The position numbers and the translations under genes were made by a program. The notes under the pieces were generated by a model. It saw only the letters and a list, made by a program, of their open reading frames with translations. It did no database searches and was not told the origin of the DNA. From Thermoplasmata archaeon (GTDB taxonomy: Archaea > Thermoplasmatota > Thermoplasmata > Lutacidiplasmatales > UBA184): 64,000 nt of DNA. The stretch covers positions 46,092 through 110,091 of the forward strand of contig DASPSQ010000001.1 of NCBI GenBank assembly GCA_035623855.1. Reading direction: 5' to 3'. Below, one piece after another: positions 36,053-45,506 of this stretch (position 1 is its first letter; every line of letters starts with the position of its first letter).

Positions 36053-36316
36053 TCAAGCCGGTAGCGGAAGATAGAACCCACACCGGGTACAGTAGACACT
36101 ACCGGTGCCATTCGGCCAACCGCACTGGGCGCACGTGGTCTCCCGACCCGTGCCGGAGGAGGCGGAATCGGATCCGATACCCCAGAGCAGGCCCGCTCCC
36201 ATGCATACCAATCCGATGAAAACCACCACAAACCCTTCCCCAACCGAGACGGGCATCAGCAATGCGCCCACGACGAGGAAAAACGCTCCGACGATCAGCG
36301 CAGGGACGCTCGCCAT
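36053..36316 (-). CDS. small membrane protein with C-terminal zinc ribbon
   Basis: Two TM helices (ALIVGAFFLVVGALLMPV; VVVFIGLVCMGAGLLWGI) then CAQCG...CTRCG. The start is taken at the internal ATG of ORF-track 36053..36556. Confidence 0.4.
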   Translation of the reverse strand: MASVPALIVGAFFLVVGALLMPVSVGEGFVVVFIGLVCMGAGLLWGIGSDSASSGTGRETTCAQCGWPNGTGSVYCTRCGFYLPLPA

Positions 36317-36617
36317 GCTGCTGGCGGTAGGACATGGATGTACTTCTCCGATTCTCATACATAGGATCCGGAGGTTGAGTCCCCTCACGGTGGTCGATGG
36401 GGTGACCTCGTCCGTCGCCGGGAGCCGACGGCGACCTACGAACAAACGAAAGGGCAAGTTTCGAGTTTGATCCGGGTCGATGGCTTGGACGCACCCGTTG
36501 GGAACACCAATCCCTTCGTCTACCAGCGAGTTGGCTGTGACAGTTCTTGCGACCAAGCCCGACCCGAATGGCCCGCCGATTACGGAGCGTTAATCCCCAC
36601 CGTCCAAATTCCGCAGC

Positions 36618-37649
36618 TCACGACGGAATCGGCAGGGGTGGGTCGGCGAGCTTGAGGAGTTGTTTGCCAAAGTTCTCGCCCTTGAACAGCCGCGCCAGAG
36701 TCTTCGGGGCGTTCTCGAGGCCGACGGCGATGTCGACCCTCTGCTTTAGACGACCTTCGGCGTGCCATCGCGCCAGCACCGGCAACGCCTCCGAGAATCG
36801 TGCGGCGTAATCGAAGATGAGGAAACCTTCCATTCGGCCCCGACTCCGAATCAGGATGGAGTAATTCCTCAACGGACGGAACTCCCACGCGACATAATTC
36901 GAGATCGCGCCGCACATCACGATCCGCGCGTGCAGGTTGATCCGGGCCAGCACCTCGTCGAGAATCTCGCCGCCAACGTTGTCGAAATACACGTCGATCC
37001 CGTGCGGGCAGGTCTCGGAAAGACGGGGACCGACTTGCTCCCCGCGATAGTCGATGGCGGCATCGAAGCCCGCCTCCTTCCGCAACCACTCGCACTTCGC
37101 GGGACCCCCGGCGATGCCGACCACACGGGCTCCGAGGATCTTGGCGATCTGGCCGGCGATCGAACCGACCGCGCCCGCCGCGCTCGAGACGACGAACGTC
37201 TCTCCCGATCGGACCTTGCCGATATCCGTCACGCCAAAGTAGGCGGTCAACCCGGTGCCGCCCAAGAGGCTCATCGCTAACTCCGGCGCCACGCCGGGAG
37301 GAACTCTCGCGAGCGGGCTCAAGCCGCCCCTGCTGGTAGCGACGTAGTCTTGCCAACCGATGGGGCCGGTGACGAGCTCGCCGACCTTGAAACCCGCATT
37401 GCGCGACTCAATCACCTGACTCACCCCGAAGGCGCGCATCACCTCGCCGAGCGGGACCTTCGGGGCGTATGTGTCCGCCTTCATCCAACCTATTTGCGTC
37501 GGATCGCAGGAGATCCAAAGGTTCCGGAGGAGGACCTCTCCGTCCCGTGGCGTCGGGATCGAGGTCTCCGTCCACTTGAAGTTCTGTTCACTGAACATGC
37601 CTTCGGGCCGGCTCGCGAGCAGCCACTGGCGGTTCTTCCCACCCATCAT
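36618..37649 (-). CDS. NADP-dependent oxidoreductase, MDR superfamily (paralog of 28926..29963)
   Basis: SSAAGAVGSIAGQIAKILGARVVGIAGGPAKCEW. Conserved blocks NLWISCDPTQ and GLTAYFGV are shared with the paralog. Confidence 0.8.
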   Translation of the reverse strand: MMGGKNRQWLLASRPEGMFSEQNFKWTETSIPTPRDGEVLLRNLWISCDPTQIGWMKADTYAPKVPLGEVMRAFGVSQVIESRNAGFKVGELVTGPIGWQDYVATSRGGLSPLARVPPGVAPELAMSLLGGTGLTAYFGVTDIGKVRSGETFVVSSAAGAVGSIAGQIAKILGARVVGIAGGPAKCEWLRKEAGFDAAIDYRGEQVGPRLSETCPHGIDVYFDNVGGEILDEVLARINLHARIVMCGAISNYVAWEFRPLRNYSILIRSRGRMEGFLIFDYAARFSEALPVLARWHAEGRLKQRVDIAVGLENAPKTLARLFKGENFGKQLLKLADPPLPIPS

Positions 37650-37913
37650 CGGACCTCCCTCCAGCAATCGAGGTCGTTCCTACCATCAAAGACTCAGGAC
37701 CGGTATAACTCCGGGCCCGGATTGTTCGGTGAGCCTATCCGAGGTCAGACCGTCGTCCGGAGCGTTCACCGCTTCTCCTGAAGGAGGTAGGATGCCCAGC
37801 GTCCGAGGCGACCCGAATCCCGAGGAATTGAGCGGCCTCTCCACTTCCCCGCGCCCATCGCGTGCGCTCCCGGAGGTAAACTTGTGAGTACTGCCACCAC
37901 CTGTAACTCGGCA

Positions 37914-38798
37914 ATGAGCCGAACACTACCGATTACGACGCGCGAGGGCCGGGTGCTCCGGGTCGTCGATGGCGGCGATCCCAGTGGATGGCCGATTTTT
38001 CTGCATCACGGCACACCAGTTTCCGGGGCCCTCTACGCTCCGCACGAACGAGACGCGCTGGAACACGGGATTCGGTTAATCGGGTACGACCGTCCGGGCT
38101 ACGGGGGGTCCGACCCATCGCCGGGGAGGCGGGTGGTGAACGCCGCCGCGGACGTACTGGCCATCGCGGACCACCTTGGACTTGCGAACTTCTCGGTTTG
38201 GGGCCACTCCGGCGGCGGACCGCACGCGCTCGCCTGCTCTGCAACCCTACCGGACCGAGTGGCCTCCGCGGCCGCCTCCGCATCGGTGGCGCCCTACGGA
38301 GCCCAGGGGCTCGATTGGATAGAGGGGATGGGAGAGGGAAACTTGCGAGAGTTTCAGGCGGCTCTCTCAGGAAGGGAGGCGCTCGAACGCTACGTGGCGC
38401 CGGAGTGCGAAGCGATGCGGCAGGAGAGCGGGAATGTCTCGCCTGAGATGCTCACCCTGCTCTCACCCCAGGACTTCGAACTCCTCACGGGGGAACTCGG
38501 GAGGCACTTGCAGTCCGCCCAGCGCTTCGGTGTCGAGAAGTCGCCGGAGGGATGGATCGAGGACGACTTTGCCTTCATTTCCGACTGGGGATTCGACCTC
38601 AACAGCGTGAAAGTTCCCACATCGATTTGGCACGGCAAGCTGGATCGATTTGTCCCCTACGCGCATGGTGTTTGGCTCGCCGAGCACGTTCCCCAAGCGG
38701 AGTTCCACTCGTTCGACCAGGAAACCCACCTTACGCTCTACGACGGTCATTTCCAAGAAATCACTCGGTGGTTGCACGACCGGGCGAAGGGTCACTAG
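37914..38798 (+). CDS. alpha/beta-fold hydrolase
   Basis: HGTP oxyanion-hole region and the nucleophile elbow GHSGGG. The start is taken at the ATG at 37914; ORF-track has a GTG at 37884. Confidence 0.7.
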   Translation: MSRTLPITTREGRVLRVVDGGDPSGWPIFLHHGTPVSGALYAPHERDALEHGIRLIGYDRPGYGGSDPSPGRRVVNAAADVLAIADHLGLANFSVWGHSGGGPHALACSATLPDRVASAAASASVAPYGAQGLDWIEGMGEGNLREFQAALSGREALERYVAPECEAMRQESGNVSPEMLTLLSPQDFELLTGELGRHLQSAQRFGVEKSPEGWIEDDFAFISDWGFDLNSVKVPTSIWHGKLDRFVPYAHGVWLAEHVPQAEFHSFDQETHLTLYDGHFQEITRWLHDRAKGH

Positions 38799-38940
38799 AT
38801 TGCGATTCCGGATCCGCCTTGCGCCCGGTCCGAGGGTCGATTCCCGTTGGATCTCAGGCAGATTTCCTCGCCCACGAATACCCGCAATTCCCACGTCGGC
38901 CACTGTGTTCCGCCGAGGCCGTTCTCGAGCACCGTTGGCC

Positions 38941-39465
38941 TCAACTCTCCACGAGAAGCTGGAGGCTTGAGGGGAAAAACATCACGCCGGCACTGCTGTC
39001 CGGAGTTAACCAAACCGGGGTGGAGGTGTTCTGGGCCGGGTTGCAAACCCGCGGCCCTCCGGTGCCCCACGTCCCGTAGCAGGCTTGGACCCCTCCCGGC
39101 CCGGTCATGAGGTATCCCCACATGACCCCGCCCAAGGGTCCCGGCTCCGTGACACCCATCACGAAGAAGGAGTTGAAACCGAAAGTAACGGGCTGGATGA
39201 GTTGGAAAAAGAATCCCCATTCCGTGTGATTGGCACTGGTGTTCCCGGTTTGCGTTGGCACGGAGACGGTCGCAGCGCAGTACGTTCGACCACCGATCAA
39301 CTCCCGCGAACCGGGAGCTGCTTGACAGAGGGGAGAACTTTCCACCAGCGCCACCGCGGAAAAGACGAGGAACACCCCCACCGTAACAGCGGACACCACG
39401 ATCCCGGTGGAGAGCGTCGGCTTCGAGAGGGAGGATCGGTGTTCTCCGCGCGGTGGCGACTCCAC
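38941..39465 (-). CDS. membrane-anchored secreted hypothetical protein
   Basis: N-terminal TM anchor IVVSAVTVGVFLVFSAVALV, several Cys residues and N-x-T sites. Confidence 0.4.
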   Translation of the reverse strand: MESPPRGEHRSSLSKPTLSTGIVVSAVTVGVFLVFSAVALVESSPLCQAAPGSRELIGGRTYCAATVSVPTQTGNTSANHTEWGFFFQLIQPVTFGFNSFFVMGVTEPGPLGGVMWGYLMTGPGGVQACYGTWGTGGPRVCNPAQNTSTPVWLTPDSSAGVMFFPSSLQLLVES

Positions 39466-39645
39466 AGGTCGGCCCCCTGGCCGATAGCGTGTCGGCTACC
39501 CAAATACCCATCCGGCTCAGCGGGCATGAGGGAAGGGCTACCGAACGTCAGCGACCAGCCGAGATCGTGAGGGGCGGCACTTAGATTCTTTCGATCCGCC
39601 TCGTTCTCAACGTCGAGGCATCGATGATGCCCTCGAATACGGTCG

Positions 39646-40107
39646 CTAGTGTGGGTGAGGGAGCCGTTCCGAGTGAGCGACTCTAACCTTTCGGGCACGC
39701 AAAATCGAGAACGACGTCGCCCTCTTCGGAAGCTTGCGGCCAAGGATCAGCCCAAGCCACTCGATCTCGTAGACCCCCGGGATAAGAAGCTCGAGCGCGA
39801 ACCAGACGGGAACGCGCACCGCCGGAAGTTCGCTTCGGCCGGTCCACGTGGCCTTCGAGATGCGATGGCGACCGTCAAGGGTGATCTTGTACCAGTCTTT
39901 CCCCGCCACGATGATCGGAAAGGATAGGTCCACGTGGTCGAAGAGCCCCGGGAACAGCCGTAGCCCGAAACGGATCACCTTCTTGGAAAGCCGGGGAAGC
40001 TCAGCGAGTGGGGTCGACCGGACCGGGATGGCGTGAGTTCGCAGGTGCCGAGTAGCGAGTATCACTCCAGGCCGGGCGTGCCAGTCGAAGGAGGTCGAGT
40101 CAGTCAC
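39646..40107 (-). CDS. ParB/Srx-superfamily-like domain protein (copy 1 of tandem pair)
   Basis: FPIIVAGKDWYKITLDGRHRISKATWTG resembles the ParB N-terminal domain core (..vDGhHR..Aa...G). It is paralogous to 40293..40730. Confidence 0.4.
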   Translation of the reverse strand: MTDSTSFDWHARPGVILATRHLRTHAIPVRSTPLAELPRLSKKVIRFGLRLFPGLFDHVDLSFPIIVAGKDWYKITLDGRHRISKATWTGRSELPAVRVPVWFALELLIPGVYEIEWLGLILGRKLPKRATSFSILRARKVRVAHSERLPHPH

Positions 40108-40292
40108 GGGCGACTCGGGGCCGAAACCGGGAGGTCCCGGCCGCTAATCACTTCTTCCCGTGGGACGAGCGGACCGTTCGCTCCGCGATGATGGAGGTCC
40201 CGAACGTGGACCCCGACACCATCGGCGCGTGCGGTGTATCGGCCGGGACTCGAGCCGAGCGAGGCGTCCCGGTAGCGGACGGTGGCGAGGAT

Positions 40293-40730
40293 CTACTCCG
40301 ATGGGGTGACCGCTAGCCGGCCCGGTTTCCTAAGCTCGTGCCGGAGGTAGAGAAAGAGCCATTCTACCTCGAAGACGCCCGGGAACACTAGCTCGAAGAC
40401 GTACCAGAACGGCAATCGCACGGTGGGGAGTTCCGTGCGTCCGGTCCATATGGCTTTGCAAAGCCGATGGCGACCGTCGAGGGCCACTTGATACCACCCT
40501 CGACCTGCGACGATGATGGGGAACGAGACGTCGGCGCGGTCGAGGAAGCCCGGGAACAACCGGAGCGCGAGACGAATCGCCCGCTTCGACAAGTGGGGAA
40601 GCTGGGACAGCGGCTCGGTGACGACCGGGACCGAGTGGGCTCGGAGGTACCGTATGGCCAAGAAGACGCCAGCCCTCCGGTTCCAAGAGACGGTCGTCGA
40701 GTCGACCAAGGCTCGCCTTCCGCCCGACAT
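40293..40730 (-). CDS. ParB/Srx-superfamily-like domain protein (copy 2 of tandem pair)
   Basis: FPIIVAGRGWYQVALDGRHRLCKAIWTGRTELPTVRLPFW, about half identical by eye to copy 1 over the whole length. Confidence 0.4.
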   Translation of the reverse strand: MSGGRRALVDSTTVSWNRRAGVFLAIRYLRAHSVPVVTEPLSQLPHLSKRAIRLALRLFPGFLDRADVSFPIIVAGRGWYQVALDGRHRLCKAIWTGRTELPTVRLPFWYVFELVFPGVFEVEWLFLYLRHELRKPGRLAVTPSE

Positions 40731-40925
40731 TTATGATTCGTCCCTATACTCAGCCCTTTCGGGGCCGGTGCCTAGGTGACAGGGGAGCCTCGCCTGGCAT
40801 TCCCCCGTCCGAGTTTCGTGCCGGCGCACTCCGTGACACGGCCTCACGGCGGCTACCGCGTTGTATCCGCGAAGTCATTCGGCCGGTCGAGACATCGCGA
40901 GGAATCGAATCGTGCCCACGGGTCA

Positions 40926-41996
40926 TCACGGCGTGAGTACGGCACGCCCTTGGATCTTCCCGTGCTGAAGCTTATCGAGGACCGCGTTGGCTTCTTCAAG
41001 CGGATACGATTCGGACACGACAGGGACGACCATGCCCTTCTGGGCGAGGTCGACCAGTTCCTTCAATTGCTCGAGGGTTCCCGTGAAGTCCCCCAGGATC
41101 TCGGCCCCCAGGATTGGGAGCATGGGTAGGGGGATGGTCATCCCGCCCCCGGCTAATCCCACCAGGACCAGCCGGCCTTCGTGACCCAGGAGGCGGAACC
41201 CGAGGGAGGCCGTGCGGGGTGTCCCCACGTAATCCACCACGGCGTCCGCGCCGCGACCTTCGTTCGACCGTTTCAGCTGGGCAACGAGCTCTTTCGCATC
41301 GACCTTCGCGCCGTTGAACACGTCGTCGGCGCCGAGCCTCGAGGCCTGTTCCAGCTTCGCGTCGTCCACGTCCACTACGGCCACGCGGGCTTGCGTTGTC
41401 CGCTTCGCGATCTGAATGGCCGTGCTTCCTACGCCACCCGCTCCGATGATGAGGAGAAGCTCGCCCGCTCGAAGCTGGCACCGGCGGATCGAGCTTAGGG
41501 CCGTGATCCCCGCGCAGGCGAGGGGTGCGGCCTGCGAAGGCGCGAGCCCCCCGGTCCGGACGAGGTACCGAACCGCGGGCACGGAAACGAACTCGGCGTA
41601 GCCTCCATCCCGCATGAAGCCGAGGAACCGCTGAGCGCCTTCGCACTGGTTTTCCCGGCCCGCGAGGCACTTCCGGCATTGTCCACATCCGATCCAGGGG
41701 TAGACCACGACCGCGTCCCCTTCCTTGAGATGAGAACCTTCCGAGCCGGGTCCCAACGCTGCGATCGTCCCCGCGATCTCGTGGCCGGGAGTCAACGGAA
41801 GGAGAGCACCACCACCCGTGGTCGAGAGCTTGCGCCCTTCTCCCAGGTCATACCCCCCGGAGATCAGATGGAGGTCGGAGTGGCACACCCCCACCGCTTT
41901 CACTTCGACGAGAGCCGAGCCCGGTGAGACCGACGGGAGGTCCACCGACATCGCCTGGAGACCGCGACCTTCGGCGACGAGTCTCATGGCTTTCAT
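40926..41996 (-). CDS. zinc-dependent alcohol dehydrogenase (MDR family)
   Basis: GVCHSDLH catalytic-zinc motif, structural-zinc CGQCRKCLAGRENQC, Rossmann IIGAGGVGSTAIQIAK. Confidence 0.85.
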   Translation of the reverse strand: MKAMRLVAEGRGLQAMSVDLPSVSPGSALVEVKAVGVCHSDLHLISGGYDLGEGRKLSTTGGGALLPLTPGHEIAGTIAALGPGSEGSHLKEGDAVVVYPWIGCGQCRKCLAGRENQCEGAQRFLGFMRDGGYAEFVSVPAVRYLVRTGGLAPSQAAPLACAGITALSSIRRCQLRAGELLLIIGAGGVGSTAIQIAKRTTQARVAVVDVDDAKLEQASRLGADDVFNGAKVDAKELVAQLKRSNEGRGADAVVDYVGTPRTASLGFRLLGHEGRLVLVGLAGGGMTIPLPMLPILGAEILGDFTGTLEQLKELVDLAQKGMVVPVVSESYPLEEANAVLDKLQHGKIQGRAVLTP

Positions 41997-42137
41997 CAAC
42001 CCCACCTCGATCGGATGCGTGGACCAACAGAACGCCGGCTAGAGACGATTCCGCCTACATAGTTGGCGCCATCTTACCTTTCGCTCGGGCGGGCCGAGAG
42101 CCGGTCCGATGATGCGTGGGGTGAGGTGGACCACCCC

Positions 42138-42539
42138 TTACATCCGGTCGACCTTCGATGGTGGCGCCGCCTTTTCCATGAATTCAACCACCGATTGTAA
42201 TTCTCGTTCGCGAATCCCGATCAATCGGTGTCCGTTCGCTCGATAAACCGCCGAACCGTCGATGAAGCAGACGATGGTCGGAGTGATCTTGATTCGAAAC
42301 GTGTCCCACAGCGGATTTGTCATCTCGGTGATGTCGGCGATCGCCGGCGTGGCATGCATCCCCTTGGTCCGCGCTAGAAACTTCGGCACGAAACGTCGCG
42401 TCCAGGGGCACCACTCGGCCCCGAACGTCACCACGTATCGACCGGGCCTACGAATGCGTTCTCCGTCGAAGTCGGCCGAGCCAAGGACTTCCATTCCGGC
42501 AGTGGCCCAGGGACGCTCGGACATCGCGCTTTCGCGCAC
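42138..42539 (-). CDS. thioredoxin-fold protein with atypical CPWT active-site motif
   Basis: VVTFGAEWCPWTRRFVPKF: the Trx-like WCxxC position reads CPWT, with the second Cys replaced by Thr. Confidence 0.45.
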   Translation of the reverse strand: MRESAMSERPWATAGMEVLGSADFDGERIRRPGRYVVTFGAEWCPWTRRFVPKFLARTKGMHATPAIADITEMTNPLWDTFRIKITPTIVCFIDGSAVYRANGHRLIGIRERELQSVVEFMEKAAPPSKVDRM

Positions 42540-42665
42540 TCCTGATTCCCACGAGGGTCAAGACGCCTCCTCAACACGGGTTGCAACCCCGGTTGAACCT
42601 GTGATCGGACCAGGGCAGCGCGGCGTGTTCGCCTTGGGACTCTTTCCCGGGGAACGCCTTCCGGT

Positions 42666-43283
42666 TCAGACTCCCGGAGCGCCCAACGGGATGCGGGTCG
42701 CCGAAGCCGCCGTCGGCCCCATGGGCTTCACGGCGACCACGATATCCATCGTGTTCAACCACCTCCGCTTCCTCTCGTGGAACGTGATCGCCAACCCGAT
42801 CTGCGCGAGGTGTTCCCGTATCTCCTGCTTGTGAAACATCTCGACGTAGAAGAAGCGCCCGCCGGGGCGCAGCACTCGGTTCACCTCATCGAGCCCTCGG
42901 AGGAGTTCCGGGACACCGCCGAGATGATGCAGCATCAGGTGCGCGATGACGAAGTCGAACGCCTCGTCCGCATACTGGAGCCGGGTGGCATCGCCCCGTT
43001 CGAGCCGTATGGAGGGAGGGATGGAACCATACTGCCGCGCGAGCGTCGCTTGGGCGACCGCGAGCTGGTCCCGGTCGTAGTCGGTAAGGTGAATCCGGGC
43101 GGGGTGATACCGCTCGTTCACCAACAGAGAGAGTTTCCCATTGCCGCCCCCGAGCTCAAGGACGCTCGACGATGAGGTGAGAGAGATCTGACCCGAGCGC
43201 TCGAGCTTATCCAATAACCGGGAGAGGGATTTCAGTCCTCGGCGATTGACAAAGAACTTCTCGGTCTTGGTCATTTCCGGCAT
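42666..43283 (-). CDS. class I SAM-dependent methyltransferase
   Basis: Motif I VLELGGGNGK, plus VLRPGGRFFYVE. Confidence 0.65.
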   Translation of the reverse strand: MPEMTKTEKFFVNRRGLKSLSRLLDKLERSGQISLTSSSSVLELGGGNGKLSLLVNERYHPARIHLTDYDRDQLAVAQATLARQYGSIPPSIRLERGDATRLQYADEAFDFVIAHLMLHHLGGVPELLRGLDEVNRVLRPGGRFFYVEMFHKQEIREHLAQIGLAITFHERKRRWLNTMDIVVAVKPMGPTAASATRIPLGAPGV

Positions 43284-43343
43284 GACATTACCCTCGGCCG
43301 AGCTCACCCGGGAGAAACGGGACGGGGTGCGGCATCCCCCGGT

Positions 43344-45317
43344 CTACTGCGGCGCCTGAACGGGTCGGCCGTACGTAGAGAGCAGCTGGACGAATCTTGG
43401 GTCCTTCCTCGCGCCGGCGAGGAGCGGAGACATGCGGATGCGAGCGGCCTGCATGGTATGCGCCTTGGCGGTCACGAACATCACTTCGAAAAACCGGTCG
43501 AGGTCACCGAGAGCGTAGTAGATGAATCCCACCGACGACTGACGCGCGTATCCCTCCTTCGAGGTCTCCTTGAGCTTCTGGATCGCCTTCATCGCCGTCG
43601 CTCGATCTCCTCGCAACGCCGCGAGGAAACCCCGGCAGAGGAGGGCGAAGTCGCTCGATGGAGCGATGCGCTCCAATTCACTCACCATGCTTTCCGCCTG
43701 CTCGAAGTCGCCCTTGAGCATGTAATAATCGGCGAGCCCTCGGTACGAGTCGATGGGGGACCGCTCCGTGGTCTTCTTCCAATGGGCCAGAGCGTCATCG
43801 AACCGGCCCGAGAAGAAGTAGGCGTTCCCCAGCGATCGGATCGTGGTGGGGAAGAGAGGGTCCAGCCGGAACGCTTGCTCGGTTTGATCGAGGTACGCCT
43901 CCACGATGCCGAGGGATCCCGCGAGCGCTCCCAAGATCATGTGAGCCTGGGCTGAGTTCGGGTTCAACTCCAACGCTCTCCGTACCTCGCGGTCCAAGAT
44001 GTCGGCGTTCTCGTCGGCCATGAACGCGATCTCGGCTCGCAAGCCGTGCGCCTCGGCGAGGTTCGGGTCGATGGCCATCGCCTTTTCCGCCGCCGCTCGA
44101 CCGAGTTCGCAGGCATCCACCCAGGGCATGAAGTCTTCCGTCCCCAGCCCGATGTACGCTTGCGACATGCCCGCGTACGCTCGCGCGAACGTGGGGTCGG
44201 TCTTGATCGCCTTCTGGAAGAACTCCAGGGAACGCCGCAACGAGTCTTGGTCGGTCTTCCACATCAACGATTGTCCCTGAAGATACAGGAGGTACGCCTC
44301 CGTTTCCGTGGGCTTTTCGAGCTCGGGGACCGCGACCCTCTCCTTCTGTAGTCCCCCGGGAAGAGCCGTCGCCACCTTGGTCGCGATGTCGCTCTGCACC
44401 GCGAAGATGTCGTCGAGGTCATCGTCGTACTTCGCGGTCCAAAGGTGCTCCTCGGTCGCCACGTCGATGACCTGGACCGTCACGCGGATTCGGTTCGCCG
44501 ACCGGCGGACACTCCCTTCGACCACGGTCCCCACGCCGAGCTCCTTTCCGATCGTGGCGACCGTTTTCTCGGTCTTCTTGTAGCCGATGACCGAAGTTCG
44601 GGCGATCACCTTGAGGCCCGGCACGAGCGAGAGGTTCGCGATCAGTTCTTCCGTGAGCCCATCGGCGAAATACTCGTCGGAAGGGTCGGGGCTGATGTTC
44701 GCGAAGGGAAGGACCGCGAGACGGGTCTTGTCCGCTACGCGTGCATCATCGGCCGCCGGCCCGCCGCCATTGTTCATCCAGGGGAACACCACCCGATAGA
44801 CCTCCATCGGGATTTGAATTCCCTTCATCGCTTTCGGCGGAAGCTTCTCGAACTTGTCGGGAATCTTTGTCCGGACCTGGTCGTAGACGGCACTGGAAAC
44901 GCATACCCCACCGGGTTCGGCGAGCGGCTCGATGCGGGCGGCGATGTTCACCGCGTCCCCGAGGATGTCGGCCCCGTTCTGGACCACGTCCCCGAGATGG
45001 ACCCCGATTCGGATGCGAATCGGCGTCTGACCGCCCTCGGAATTCCGCTCGTAGATGCGGCGCTGGATGTTCATGGCACACTGGACGGCCTTGAGCGCGC
45101 TGTCGAACTCGACCAGGAAGCCGTCGCCCGTGGACTTGATTTCGCGACCCTGGTGAAGGGCGAGGAGCGGGCGGAGTAATTCGGCCTGCTGACGGAGCAG
45201 CTCGAGGGTGCGCCCCTCATTGGCCTGCGTGGACGCCGTGAAGCCAACCGTATCCGTGAACATCACCGCGGCGAGGCGGCGACCCGGAGCCACGGAGCTG
45301 GGATGCATTCGGTCCAT
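43344..45317 (-). CDS. class III adenylyl cyclase with TolB-N-like region and C-terminal TPR repeats
   Basis: CHD motifs AVMFTDTVGFT (metal Asp), IKSTGDGFLVEF (Lys plus second Asp), RIGVHLGDVV, GDAVNIAARIE (Asn/Arg transition-state pair). TPR-like helical repeats follow. Confidence 0.8.
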   Translation of the reverse strand: MDRMHPSSVAPGRRLAAVMFTDTVGFTASTQANEGRTLELLRQQAELLRPLLALHQGREIKSTGDGFLVEFDSALKAVQCAMNIQRRIYERNSEGGQTPIRIRIGVHLGDVVQNGADILGDAVNIAARIEPLAEPGGVCVSSAVYDQVRTKIPDKFEKLPPKAMKGIQIPMEVYRVVFPWMNNGGGPAADDARVADKTRLAVLPFANISPDPSDEYFADGLTEELIANLSLVPGLKVIARTSVIGYKKTEKTVATIGKELGVGTVVEGSVRRSANRIRVTVQVIDVATEEHLWTAKYDDDLDDIFAVQSDIATKVATALPGGLQKERVAVPELEKPTETEAYLLYLQGQSLMWKTDQDSLRRSLEFFQKAIKTDPTFARAYAGMSQAYIGLGTEDFMPWVDACELGRAAAEKAMAIDPNLAEAHGLRAEIAFMADENADILDREVRRALELNPNSAQAHMILGALAGSLGIVEAYLDQTEQAFRLDPLFPTTIRSLGNAYFFSGRFDDALAHWKKTTERSPIDSYRGLADYYMLKGDFEQAESMVSELERIAPSSDFALLCRGFLAALRGDRATAMKAIQKLKETSKEGYARQSSVGFIYYALGDLDRFFEVMFVTAKAHTMQAARIRMSPLLAGARKDPRFVQLLSTYGRPVQAPQ

Positions 45318-45506
45318 TAAACCCGCGGCCGGCCGGAGTTAAGGCGCTTTCCCTAGACCTCTGCGCCGGTTGCTGGGCGAAAATCTCCGGTACGGATTCC
45401 CGGAATGCGGTCCTTACGATCGTTCGAGAGATTGGGAGGTTCACTATAGAGACCACACCAACAGGCTCATCTATCGGCTCACCTCGTCGGGGTCGGGCGA
45501 AGACGG

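Noticed and set aside
39646-40730. Possibility that the tandem ParB-like genes are a recent direct-repeat duplication or a mobile-element remnant
   Set aside because: The two copies are only about half identical at protein level and their flanks share no recognisable DNA repeat. This is an old paralogous pair, not a recent duplication.
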